From the NCBI GenBank assembly GCA_964628985.1, contig CAZVNJ010000011.1, positions 2,672-66,671 of the forward strand: DNA of 64,000 nucleotides. Reading direction: 5' to 3'. Position 1 is the stretch's first letter. Each line of letters starts with the position of its first letter. The stretch comes from an uncultured Dehalococcoides sp. Lineage in GTDB: Bacteria; Chloroflexota; Dehalococcoidia; UBA2979. A program made the translations under genes and the position numbers. Positions 29,143 through 38,354 of this stretch are shown piece by piece. The notes under the pieces are model-generated. The model had not been told where the DNA came from. It saw only the letters and a program-made list of their open reading frames with translations, and did not search any database.

Positions 29143-30279
29143 CTAGCCTCGAAGTCCCATGAAGAACCTCGAAACGTCCTCTGCGAAGAGTTCCGGCTCC
29201 TCAAACGCCGCGAAGTGGCCGCCGCGCGGCGGTTCGGAGTAATGCACGATGCTCGCGACACGTTCCATGACCTCACGCGGCGCGTTCCATGGCTCTGCGG
29301 GAAATTTCGCGTAGCCCACCGGGACCGTGTGCGGGATGCGGCCCATCACCCGATCGGTGGTGTGTGCCATTTCGTAGTAGATCCGGCTGGCGGACAGGAT
29401 GTGCCCGGTGAGCCAGTAGAGGGTCACATTCGTCAGTACGCGGTCGCGGTCGAGTCGCTCCCACAGGTCGTCGCCGTGGTCAGCCCACGCCCAGAACTTT
29501 TCGAGGATCCAGGCGAGCAGTCCCACCGGCGAGTCATTCAGCGCGTAGCCGAGAGTCTGCGGTCGGCTCCCCTGGATGCGCGAATATCCCGTCTCCTCCA
29601 CCTCGAACTGCTGGCGGAAGGCGCGGTACGCCTCCTCCGTGGGCGACATCGCTGCGCCATCGGGAGGGAGTGGGCCACCGGTGCCGAAGTTGAGGTGGAG
29701 GCCGATCACCGCCTCTGGATGCTGGCGGGCGAGCGCCGTGCCGATGATCGCCCCCCAGTCCCCTCCCTGCACTCCGTACCGCTCGTAGCCGAGTTCGCCC
29801 ATCAACAGGTGGAGGCGCTCGGCGATCCGTCCGGGGTGCAACCCCGGCGATCGAGGCACATCGGAGAGCCCGAACCCCGGCAACGACGGCACCACAACGT
29901 CAAAGCCCGCCCCGCCATCAACACCAGAGGCGAGTCGCTCACCAGCGTCCATGAACTCGATGAACGAGCCGGGCCAGCCGTGGATCAGCAGCAGTGGCGT
30001 CCGGTGCTCGGAGCCTGGACCGCACATCAGCATCGCGTGCATCTCGTCGCCGTCGATCGGTCCTCGGACATGGGCACGCGCGTTCAGCGCCGCTTCCTGG
30101 GCTCGCCAGTCGAACTCCTGTGCCCAGTACCGCACGAGGTCCCGCAGCACGGCGTCGTTCGTCCCGGTGGTCCAGCCGGTGTCCCACCCGACATCCGGCC
30201 AGCGCGTGTCCTCGATCCGTCGACGGAGGTCAGCCAGGGCCCGGTCCGAGAAGCCGATGCGGAACGGGAGGAACGGCAC
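29143..30279 (-). CDS. Epoxide hydrolase family protein (N-terminal EHN domain plus alpha/beta hydrolase)
   Basis: 378-aa ORF. The N-terminal F-x-I...L-x-DL-x-RI...TRWP motif and HGWPGSFIEF are typical of microsomal-type epoxide hydrolases. Confidence 0.85.
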   Translation of the reverse strand: MPFLPFRIGFSDRALADLRRRIEDTRWPDVGWDTGWTTGTNDAVLRDLVRYWAQEFDWRAQEAALNARAHVRGPIDGDEMHAMLMCGPGSEHRTPLLLIHGWPGSFIEFMDAGERLASGVDGGAGFDVVVPSLPGFGLSDVPRSPGLHPGRIAERLHLLMGELGYERYGVQGGDWGAIIGTALARQHPEAVIGLHLNFGTGGPLPPDGAAMSPTEEAYRAFRQQFEVEETGYSRIQGSRPQTLGYALNDSPVGLLAWILEKFWAWADHGDDLWERLDRDRVLTNVTLYWLTGHILSASRIYYEMAHTTDRVMGRIPHTVPVGYAKFPAEPWNAPREVMERVASIVHYSEPPRGGHFAAFEEPELFAEDVSRFFMGLRG

Positions 30280-30412
30280 AACTCAATCCCTTCACCGCTG
30301 ACGTGGAATGACCGAGCCAGCCAGGCGGGGCCCATCTACCGGCACTGCGCACGATAGCCGCCGTCGGTGGCAGACCGCCGGGGGTTGCGCACTCCCTCCG
30401 GTATGTGTATTT

Positions 30413-30440
30413 TACCGGTCGGCTAATAAACCGAGAGGTA
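30413..30440. promoter_or_regulatory. Imperfect inverted repeat, candidate ArsR-family operator
   Basis: TACCGGTCGG, an 8-nt A+T-rich spacer, then CCGAGAGGTA (8 of 10 positions complementary). It lies immediately upstream of the arsR-like ATG at 30448, in a locally A+T-rich segment. Confidence 0.3.
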
Positions 30441-30447
30441 AATCTCG

Positions 30448-30840
30448 ATGGACGCCCTCTCCGCAACGTTCTCCGCGCTCGCCGACCCGACGCGCCGCGC
30501 CATCCTTGCGCGGCTCATCGAGGGCGAGGCAACGGTGACAGAACTGGCGGAACCGTTCGCGATGACCCTCCCAGCCGTCTCCAAACACCTCAAGGTGCTC
30601 GAGCGCGCGGCACTCATTGAGCGCGGGCGGCACGCCCAGTGGCGACCCTGCCGGATCGCCCCCGCGCCCCTCAAGGAAGTCGCCACATGGGTCGAGCGCT
30701 ACCGGGATCTCTGGGAGGGACGCCTTGACCGACTCGATGCATACCTCGAAGGGATGCAGCGCTCTCCCAGTCGCCCGCACCCCCACGCCGTCGACCAGCC
30801 ATCTGACTCAGGACACGAACACGAAGGAGCAACCGCATGA
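30448..30840 (+). CDS. ArsR/SmtB family transcriptional regulator
   Basis: Contains the ALADPTRRAILARL...ELAEPFAMTLPAVSKHLKVLERAALI winged-helix signature. The stop overlaps the next start. Confidence 0.9.
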   Translation: MDALSATFSALADPTRRAILARLIEGEATVTELAEPFAMTLPAVSKHLKVLERAALIERGRHAQWRPCRIAPAPLKEVATWVERYRDLWEGRLDRLDAYLEGMQRSPSRPHPHAVDQPSDSGHEHEGATA

Positions 30841-31352
30841 CCCGACCCGATGACGTGATGGCCACCGATCAGCAGGAAGGGCTCGTCATCGAGCGGATGT
30901 TCAGTGCTCCCCAGGGACTCGTGTGGCGGGCATGGACGGAGGCGGAGCATTTCGCCCGTTGGTATGGGCCACAGGGCATGACCATGCACGTCTGCGAGGT
31001 CGACTTCCGAGTCGGCGGCCGCTACCTCTACGGCCTCCGTTCCCCTGCTGGTTTCGAGTACTACACGGCGGGCGTTTACCAGGAGATCGTTGCACCGAAG
31101 CGATTCGTCGCCATTGAGACACTCGCTGATGCCATGGGCCAGCCTGTCGCACCCGGGCACTATGGGATGCCTGAGGATGCGCCCCCCGAGATGACCGTGA
31201 TCGTGTCGCTCGAAGCCGTAGATGACAGACGGACGAGGCTCACTCTGCGTCACATCGCTGCCTGGCCGCGCCCAGAGATGGCTGCCGGTGCGTCGGCGGG
31301 CTGGAACGGTGCCTTCGACAAACTCGAGCAGGCGCTCGCCGCGATGGCGTGA
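30837..31352 (+). CDS. SRPBCC (AHSA1/Aha1-like) domain protein
   Basis: 171-aa ORF with F-x-AP...VW-x-AWT-x-(A/P)E-x-F-x-RW-x-GP at the N-terminus, as in the Aha1-like SRPBCC proteins commonly paired with ArsR regulators. Confidence 0.85.
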   Translation: MTRPDDVMATDQQEGLVIERMFSAPQGLVWRAWTEAEHFARWYGPQGMTMHVCEVDFRVGGRYLYGLRSPAGFEYYTAGVYQEIVAPKRFVAIETLADAMGQPVAPGHYGMPEDAPPEMTVIVSLEAVDDRRTRLTLRHIAAWPRPEMAAGASAGWNGAFDKLEQALAAMA

Positions 31353-31359
31353 CCCGGGT

Positions 31360-32880
31360 CTATTCGGCCCCGCGCCGTCGATACTGCACCGCCTCGGCCA
31401 GGTGGGCCGTGAGGATGCGCTCACTCCCCGCGAGGTCTGCGATGGTCCGGGCGACCTTCAGGACGCGGTGGAAGGACCGTGCTGAGAGCCCAAGTTGCTG
31501 CATCGCCGCGGCCAGCAGCGGCTGGGCTGCCTCGTCCAACTGGGCCTGGCAGTGCTTCCGCACGTCCACCGGGCCCATCTCCGAGTTGGCGACGGTAGAG
31601 GTGCCGCGGAAGCGGGCCGCTTGTCGCTCGCGGGCCTCGACGACGCGGGCGCGGACAGCCTCGGAGCGTTCGCCCGTTGCCTCGCCCGTCAACTCCTTGA
31701 ACTCGACGCGCGGGACATCGATGAAAAGGTCGATGCGATCCAGGAGCGGGCCAGAGACGCGACGCTGGTAGCGCGTGACGGTCGCCTCCGGACAGGTGCA
31801 CATGCGGACCGTGTCGCCGTAGTAGCCGCAGGGGCAGGGGTTCATCGCCGCCACGAGCAACACGCGCGCCGGGAAGGTCACCGAACCGCGTGCACGCGAG
31901 ATCGTGACCGAGCCTGACTCGAGCGGCTCGCGGAGCGCCTCCAGGGCGGTCGCGCCGAACTCAGGGAACTCATCGAGGAACAGGACACCTCGGTGGCCGA
32001 GCGAGACCTCGCCGGGCCGGATGTGGGATCCGCCGCCGACGAGGCCCGCATGCGAGATCGTGTGATGCGGGGCGCGGAACGGGCGCTCGCGCATCAGCGG
32101 CCGCTCCCGATTGAGCAGGCCGGCCACGGAATACACCTTGGCGACCTCGATTGACTCGGCGGGGGTGAGCGGGGCGAGCAGGCCGGGCAGCGCGCGTGCG
32201 AGGAGCGTCTTACCGGAGCCGGGCGGCCCCTGCATCAACAGATTGTGGCCGCCAGCCGCCGCCACCTCCAATGCACGCTTCACGTGCTCCTGCCCCTGCA
32301 CGGTCGCCAGGTCGTGCGCCTCGAGGATCGAGGTGTCTCCTTCGGCGCACTCCGCCACGGGCACCTCCGGCCACGACTCGAATGGCTCCGCGATCTGCTT
32401 CAGGCTATCGAGGCCGTGCACGCGGACGCCGCCCACGGAGCGTGCCTCCGCCACGTCCTCCACGGGCACGATGACGCTTCCGATCCCCTTGGCGCGGCAC
32501 ATCGCGACGAATGGGAGGACCCCGGGAATGTGGCGCAGGCGACCGTCGAGCGAGAGTTCGCCGAAGAGCGCGGTATCGGCGAAGCGATCGATGATCTGGC
32601 CACTCGCCACCAGGACCGCGGCGGCGATCGCGAGATCGTAAAGCGGGCCCTCCTTGCGCACGTCCGCCGGGGCCAGGTTCACCGTGATGCGCCGGAGCGG
32701 GAACTCGAAACCGGTGTTGCGGATCGCGGCACGGACGCGCTCACGTGCCTCCTGCACCGATGTGTCCGGCAGCCCCACGATGTTGAACGCGGGAAGGCCT
32801 GATCCGATGTCGGCCTCCACATCGACCGGAAGGCCCTCGATCCCGCGAAGGGCGCCACTCCGCGTCATGGCGAGGGTCAT
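31360..32880 (-). CDS. YifB/ComM family Mg-chelatase-like AAA+ ATPase
   Basis: ATG at 32880 is in frame in ORF 31360-33000. An N-terminal Lon-protease-like ChlI segment is followed by Walker A GPPGSGKT, Walker B VLFLDEFPEF and a C-terminal Mg-chelatase subunit ChlI-like region. Confidence 0.9.
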   Translation of the reverse strand: MTLAMTRSGALRGIEGLPVDVEADIGSGLPAFNIVGLPDTSVQEARERVRAAIRNTGFEFPLRRITVNLAPADVRKEGPLYDLAIAAAVLVASGQIIDRFADTALFGELSLDGRLRHIPGVLPFVAMCRAKGIGSVIVPVEDVAEARSVGGVRVHGLDSLKQIAEPFESWPEVPVAECAEGDTSILEAHDLATVQGQEHVKRALEVAAAGGHNLLMQGPPGSGKTLLARALPGLLAPLTPAESIEVAKVYSVAGLLNRERPLMRERPFRAPHHTISHAGLVGGGSHIRPGEVSLGHRGVLFLDEFPEFGATALEALREPLESGSVTISRARGSVTFPARVLLVAAMNPCPCGYYGDTVRMCTCPEATVTRYQRRVSGPLLDRIDLFIDVPRVEFKELTGEATGERSEAVRARVVEARERQAARFRGTSTVANSEMGPVDVRKHCQAQLDEAAQPLLAAAMQQLGLSARSFHRVLKVARTIADLAGSERILTAHLAEAVQYRRRGAE

Positions 32881-33210
32881 TGCTGCGCTCGCAGGGGCCG
32901 GCTGCTCAGAGGTACGAACATCGGATGGCTCCGCTTCTGGGGTGCGCCGAGTGTGGCCGAGGTCGGCCCGATCTCGAAGGGGAAAACGGCACTCGTGCAT
33001 GTCTGTTATGTCGCCTATCTCTGCCAGACGAGAAGGATCGACCCAGGTTCCGAAGGGTCCGGAGCGGCGCGTGCGCGCCTGAAAATACGCGAGTTACGGA
33101 GCCTCTCCGCGAGTGGTCGCGGCTTACGATGCCGCCCTCACGATCGACGTCCGTTCCCATTGCCGGGTGACTGAACCGAGCGAGCGTGCGCACTTGCCGG
33201 AGGAACACAA

Positions 33211-34785
33211 ATGACCTGGGAACCGGAGCTCGAGGAACTGAAGCGGCGTAGCGCGTACGCGGAGGCGATGGGCGGGCCGAAGCGGATCGCCGATCAGCGA
33301 GAGCGCGGGAAGCTCACCATCCGCGAGCGGATCGACCTGTTGTTCGACCCCGGCTCCTTCATGGAGCACGGCAAGCACGCCGGGACAGGCGCCTACGACA
33401 AGGACGGGAACCTCGTCGACTTCTTCCCCGCCGCGTACGTCACGGGCGTGGGCGAGGTGGACGGGAGGCCCGTCGTCACGGGTGGCGGCGACTTCACCGC
33501 GCGTCCGCCGAGTGGTAGCGAGGGAGTCAAGGTCAACACGGGTCGGGCGGTCCCGAAGAGCGGGCACGACGAGCGGATGGCGCTCGAGATGAAGATCCCG
33601 CTCGTCCGCCTGATCGATGGTTTCGGTGCGGACATCCGAGGGACCGCCGGAATCGGGCGGACGTACATCCCCGAATTGCGAGGATGGCCGCTGGCCGCCG
33701 CGCTGATGAGCGAAGTCCCGGTGGTGTCGATGTCCCTCGGTGCGGTCGCGGGGCTTCCTGCAGCGCAGGTCGCCATCGCTCACTTCGCGATCATGGTGGA
33801 CGGGATTTCACAGGTGTTTGCCGCCGGGCCTCCCGTCGTCGAGCGCAGCCTCGGCCAGAAGGTGACTAAGGAGGAGCTTGGCGGGGTGAAGGTCCATGCG
33901 CACTCCAGCGGGCTCGTCGACAACGTGGCGAAGGATGAAGCGGACGCGTTTCAGCAGGTGCGTCGCTTCCTCTCCTACCTCCCCTCCAGCGTCTATCAAC
34001 TGCCCCCGGTACAGCCATGCAGCGACCCAGTGGACCGGCGCGAGGAAGACCTGCTCAGCATCGTCCCGCGCGCGCGTAACCGGCCCCAGAACACGCGCAA
34101 GATGCTGAGCCTGATCCTCGATCAGGGTTCCCTGTTCGAGATGGGGCGCTACTTCGGCCCGTCGCAGATCACCGCCTTCGGGCGGCTGGACGGGCACCCG
34201 GTGGGGGTCCTGGCCGGCGACCCGATGCACTCCGGTGGGGCCACGGACGCCGCCTCAGCCCAGAAGCTCGAGAGCTTCATCGACCTGTGCGACACGTTCC
34301 ACCTCCCCATCATCAACTTCGCGGACAACCCGGGGTTCATGATCGGACCACGGGCAGAGGCGTCCGGGACACTCCGCCTGGGTGCGCGCGCCATCTGTGC
34401 GATGGATGCATCGACCGTCCCGTGGGCGACCGTGATCGTCCGGAAGGCGTACGGAGTCGCCGGTGCAGCGCACCAGCCCTACAACCGCTACGTCTACCGC
34501 GTGGCCTGGCCTTCGGGTGAATGGGGTTCGATCCCGATCGAAGGCGGGGTACAGGCGGCCTATCGCCGCGAGATCGAGAACGCCGACGACCCAACACGTC
34601 GGCGCGCCGAGATCGAGACCGAGTTGATCGCGCTGCGGAGCCCATTCGGAGCACTCGAGGCGTTCAACGCCGAGGACATCATCGACCCGCGAGATACCAG
34701 GGTCCTGCTCTGCAAGTGGGTCAGGATGGCTTACGCAAAGCTTCCCGCCGACCTCGGTCGAAAGACGCGTCCGATGCGCCCGTAA
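33211..34785 (+). CDS. Acyl-CoA carboxylase carboxyltransferase subunit (propionyl-CoA carboxylase beta / methylmalonyl-CoA carboxyltransferase family)
   Basis: ATG 33211 follows GGAGG. The 524-aa product shows the duplicated crotonase-like carboxyltransferase architecture (GGGDFTAR..., ...PIINFADNPGFMIG...). Confidence 0.88.
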   Translation: MTWEPELEELKRRSAYAEAMGGPKRIADQRERGKLTIRERIDLLFDPGSFMEHGKHAGTGAYDKDGNLVDFFPAAYVTGVGEVDGRPVVTGGGDFTARPPSGSEGVKVNTGRAVPKSGHDERMALEMKIPLVRLIDGFGADIRGTAGIGRTYIPELRGWPLAAALMSEVPVVSMSLGAVAGLPAAQVAIAHFAIMVDGISQVFAAGPPVVERSLGQKVTKEELGGVKVHAHSSGLVDNVAKDEADAFQQVRRFLSYLPSSVYQLPPVQPCSDPVDRREEDLLSIVPRARNRPQNTRKMLSLILDQGSLFEMGRYFGPSQITAFGRLDGHPVGVLAGDPMHSGGATDAASAQKLESFIDLCDTFHLPIINFADNPGFMIGPRAEASGTLRLGARAICAMDASTVPWATVIVRKAYGVAGAAHQPYNRYVYRVAWPSGEWGSIPIEGGVQAAYRREIENADDPTRRRAEIETELIALRSPFGALEAFNAEDIIDPRDTRVLLCKWVRMAYAKLPADLGRKTRPMRP

Positions 34786-34818
34786 GGCGATCAGGTCCAA
34801 CGGGAGCCGGGAGGATTC

Positions 34819-36072
34819 GTGCCAGAACCGCTCGAAGGCATCCGGGTGATCGAACTGGCCCGCGCCCTGCAGGGACCCGTTGCCGGTCAGTACCTCGCGG
34901 ACATCGGCGCCGACGTGATCAAGGTTGAGCCCGCACTCGGAGACGCGAACCGCCAGGTCCGCGGCCTCACCGACAGTGGCGTCGAGGGCGGCTTCGGGAC
35001 CCAGTTCGTGAGCGCGAATCGAGGCAAGCGGTCGCTCTGGCTCGACCTCCGACTGGAAGCGTCCATCAACGTCGTGCGCCGACTCGTCGCCACGGCAGAT
35101 GTCTTCCTGAGCAACTACCTGGAGCCATCGCTGGAGGCGATGGGACTGGGGCACGACGCCCTCCGGGCAGAGAACCCGAACCTCGTCTATGCCCTGGTGA
35201 ATGGCTACGGCCCGGTCGGACCAGATGCCGCCAAGCGCATGCTGGACGGGGCAGCCTCCGCGCGGAGCGGGCTGTACCACGTCACCGGGCCGAGCGACGG
35301 CGGGCCGATGATGCCCGGCACCACGCTGGCGGATACAGCCGGTGCGATGCAACTCGCGCTCGGGATCATGACCGCGTTGACCGCACGCGAGCGTCATGGG
35401 GGTGGCCAGCGCGTGGATGTATCCGCGCTGGGCGCTCAGATCTGGCTGCAGATGTGGGAGATCGACACGGCCTCGCTGACCGGACAGAAGCTCCGACGGC
35501 GTGGCGCCCACAGCGACAACATCCACGGCACGTACGGGCTCTACGAGTCGGCCGACGGCGGCGCCATCATGATTGCCAATGTGAATGACGAGGAGACCTG
35601 GGTCGCGCTCTGCGACTTCGCGGGACTGCACGACCTCATCGTCGACCCTCGGTTCGACACGGGGGGCAAGCGCGCCGGGAGGCCTCCCAGCACGCCAGCG
35701 ATCGCGAACGAGGTCCGCCCATACCTCGTCAGTGCCTTCAAGACGAAGACGACGGCCGAGTGGGCCAGGTTCCTCGCCGGGCTCCCCGAACTCGTGTGGG
35801 ACGTCGTGCAGGACTACCAGCAAGTGCTCGACGACCCGCAGGTGCTGGCGAACGAGTACGTCATCGAGCAGGAGATCCCCACCTACGGGAGACGCCGGCT
35901 GGTCGCGAACCCGGTGCGCCTCAACGGTGCGCCCGGCTCGGTGAAGTCGCCGCCTCCGGCGCTCGGCGCGCACAACGAAGAGATTCTCGCCGCCCTCGGT
36001 TACGAGGCCAGCGCAATCGCGAGCCTCACCGAGGGGGCACGACAGGCACTGAGGGAGCGGCTCGGAATCTAG
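34819..36072 (+). CDS. Family III CoA-transferase (CaiB/BaiF type)
   Basis: 417-aa ORF (GTG start) with the N-terminal signature GIRVIELARALQGPVAGQYLADIGADVIKVEP. Confidence 0.9.
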   Translation: MPEPLEGIRVIELARALQGPVAGQYLADIGADVIKVEPALGDANRQVRGLTDSGVEGGFGTQFVSANRGKRSLWLDLRLEASINVVRRLVATADVFLSNYLEPSLEAMGLGHDALRAENPNLVYALVNGYGPVGPDAAKRMLDGAASARSGLYHVTGPSDGGPMMPGTTLADTAGAMQLALGIMTALTARERHGGGQRVDVSALGAQIWLQMWEIDTASLTGQKLRRRGAHSDNIHGTYGLYESADGGAIMIANVNDEETWVALCDFAGLHDLIVDPRFDTGGKRAGRPPSTPAIANEVRPYLVSAFKTKTTAEWARFLAGLPELVWDVVQDYQQVLDDPQVLANEYVIEQEIPTYGRRRLVANPVRLNGAPGSVKSPPPALGAHNEEILAALGYEASAIASLTEGARQALRERLGI

Positions 36073-36081
36073 GCTGAACCG

Positions 36082-38250
36082 CTAGGTCCCCACGCGGCGG
36101 ACCGAGATCACGCCTCGGACCGCATCGAGGTGGGAGAGCAGCCGCGTGAACTGCTCGCCGCCGGTCGTCTCAAGCGTGACGTGGACCGAGGTGGTGCGGT
36201 CGTCATGCTCGACGGTGCGCACGGCCACCATGTTCACCTTGTCGTCCGCGATGATCGTGGACACATCGCGTAGCAGGCCGACGCGGTCCCATGCGAGTAC
36301 CTCGATCGAGGCCGTGTAGACATCGCCCGACGGGCCCCAGTCGCACTCGACGACGCGCTCGGCGTCGCGGCCCCAGTGCACATTGCCACAGTCAGCGCGG
36401 TGGACCGTGACCCCGCGCGAGCGGGTCACGTAGCCGACGATCGAGTCTCCGGGGAGCGGCCGGCAGCAACGAGCCATCTGCACATGCAGACCGGACGTGC
36501 CGAGGACACGGACGCCGGACGAGCCCGGCTGAGACGCGGCGACCGTGGAGGGCGAGGGCTTTACCGGGTGCTGCTGCGGTGTCAGCTCGACCAGGCGGTT
36601 CATCAGCTTCTGCAGCGAGAGGTCGCCCGAGCCGATCGCCGCATGGAGATCCGTCATCCCCTCGAAGCCGAGTTGTCGCGGCAGGTCACCCGGGATGCGG
36701 GCGATGTCCAACCGCTTGATCTCGCGCTCCAGCATCTCCCGACCGCGCTCGATGTTGTCGTCGCGATGCTCGCGGCGGAACCACTGGCGCACCTTCTGCC
36801 GCGAGTGGGAGGAGCCGAGGTACCCGAGCGACGGGATCAGCCAGTCCCGCGAGGGCCCGCGAGACGCCCTCGACCGGACGATCTCGACGACGTCACCGTT
36901 CTGGAGGTGGGTCTGGAGCGGCACGAGTTTGCCGTTGACCTTCGCGCCGACGCAGTTGTGGCCGAGGTCGGTGTGAATGCGGTAGGCGAAGTCGATGGGG
37001 GTGGAGCCAGCGGGCAGCACGCGCACGTCGCCCTTGGGTGTGTGCACGAAGACCTGGTCACGGAAGACGTCCGTCTTGATCGACTCCAGGAAGTCGTCCG
37101 TACCGGACGCCTCCTGCTGCCACTCGAGGAGATGGCGCAGCCACGCCATGCGCTCCTCGTACTGGCGGTCACGGCCGGTGCCCTGCTCCTTGTACTGCCA
37201 GTGCGCGGCGACGCCGTACTCAGCGACCTGGTGCATTTCGTAGGTACGGATCTGCACCTCGAACGTGCGCATTCCGGGCCCGAGCACGGAGGTGTGCAGC
37301 GATTGGTAGAGCGACTCCTTCGGGTTAGCGATGTAGTCGTCGAATGTGCCCGGGATCGGCTTCCAGTGCTGGTGCACGATGCCGAGGGCGTTGTAGCAGT
37401 CCGCGACCGTGCGCACGAAGACACGCACGGCGAGCAGGTCGCGGATCTGGTCGAACGACCGCCCCAGGGCGGCGTACCGCTTCATCTTGTCCTGGATCGA
37501 GTAGAGGTGCTTGACGCGCCCCGTCACCTCGGCCTCGATGCCCTCGGCGGCGAGCATGTCGTGCAGTTCGCTCGTGATCTCGGCGACGTAGCGCTCGCGC
37601 TCGGAACGCTTCGAGGTGACGGAGTTGGCGACGCGCCGGTATCCCTCGGGGTCGAGCCAGCGGAAGGAGAGGTCCTCCAGTTCCCACTTGAACTGCCAGA
37701 CACCGAGGCGGGAGGCGAGCGGGGCGTAGATGTCCATCGTCTCGCGCGCAAGCGCCTGCTGGCGGTCGGGCGAGAGATGCTCCAGCGTCCGCATGTTGTG
37801 CAGCCGGTCCGCCAGTTTCACGATGACGACGCGGACGTCCTCGGCCATCGCCAGGAACATCTTGCGCAGGGTCTCGGTGTCCTGCTCCCGGACATCGAGG
37901 GGCCGGTCCGGCAACTGGTCGATCTTTGTGGCGCCCTCGACAAGGGAGGCGGCGTCCGGCCCGAACCGGCGGCGGATGTCCTCCGCGGTGATCCCGCAGT
38001 CCTCGATGGTGTCGTGGAGGAGGGCGGCGATCACGGACGGCGGGTCCATGTGGAGGTCGACCACGAGGCGGGCGACCGCGATGGGGTGGGTGACGTAGGG
38101 CTCGCCGGATTTGCGTGCCTGGCCCTCGTGGCACTGGATCGCGAATTCGAGGGCCTTCTGGACGGCTTCGACACGGTCAGGCGGCAGGTAGGAGGCACAC
38201 TCCTCCAGCAGTTCCTTCGCGCCGGCCGGCTGGGTCGTTGAGACCACCAT
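36082..38250 (-). CDS. Bifunctional (p)ppGpp synthetase/hydrolase RelA/SpoT homologue
   Basis: ATG 38250 is in frame within ORF 36082-38475. The HD hydrolase motif HDTIEDC, the RelA/SpoT synthetase region, and TGS and C-terminal ACT-like domains are recognisable. Confidence 0.93.
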   Translation of the reverse strand: MVVSTTQPAGAKELLEECASYLPPDRVEAVQKALEFAIQCHEGQARKSGEPYVTHPIAVARLVVDLHMDPPSVIAALLHDTIEDCGITAEDIRRRFGPDAASLVEGATKIDQLPDRPLDVREQDTETLRKMFLAMAEDVRVVIVKLADRLHNMRTLEHLSPDRQQALARETMDIYAPLASRLGVWQFKWELEDLSFRWLDPEGYRRVANSVTSKRSERERYVAEITSELHDMLAAEGIEAEVTGRVKHLYSIQDKMKRYAALGRSFDQIRDLLAVRVFVRTVADCYNALGIVHQHWKPIPGTFDDYIANPKESLYQSLHTSVLGPGMRTFEVQIRTYEMHQVAEYGVAAHWQYKEQGTGRDRQYEERMAWLRHLLEWQQEASGTDDFLESIKTDVFRDQVFVHTPKGDVRVLPAGSTPIDFAYRIHTDLGHNCVGAKVNGKLVPLQTHLQNGDVVEIVRSRASRGPSRDWLIPSLGYLGSSHSRQKVRQWFRREHRDDNIERGREMLEREIKRLDIARIPGDLPRQLGFEGMTDLHAAIGSGDLSLQKLMNRLVELTPQQHPVKPSPSTVAASQPGSSGVRVLGTSGLHVQMARCCRPLPGDSIVGYVTRSRGVTVHRADCGNVHWGRDAERVVECDWGPSGDVYTASIEVLAWDRVGLLRDVSTIIADDKVNMVAVRTVEHDDRTTSVHVTLETTGGEQFTRLLSHLDAVRGVISVRRVGT

Positions 38251-38354
38251 CTTGTATGGAGTATATGCCTGCGTCCCTCGCGAGCCTGAGGGGGGCGCAG
38301 AGAGGCCTCGGGTGGCGCGTTGCCCGGGGATCGAGGCGCCCGTAGCATCCCCAC

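Noticed and set aside
34255-35973. 572-aa minus-strand ORF antisense to the carboxyltransferase 3' end and the CoA-transferase gene.
   Set aside because: It has no motifs, spans an intergenic gap of the plus-strand genes, and has typical antisense composition.
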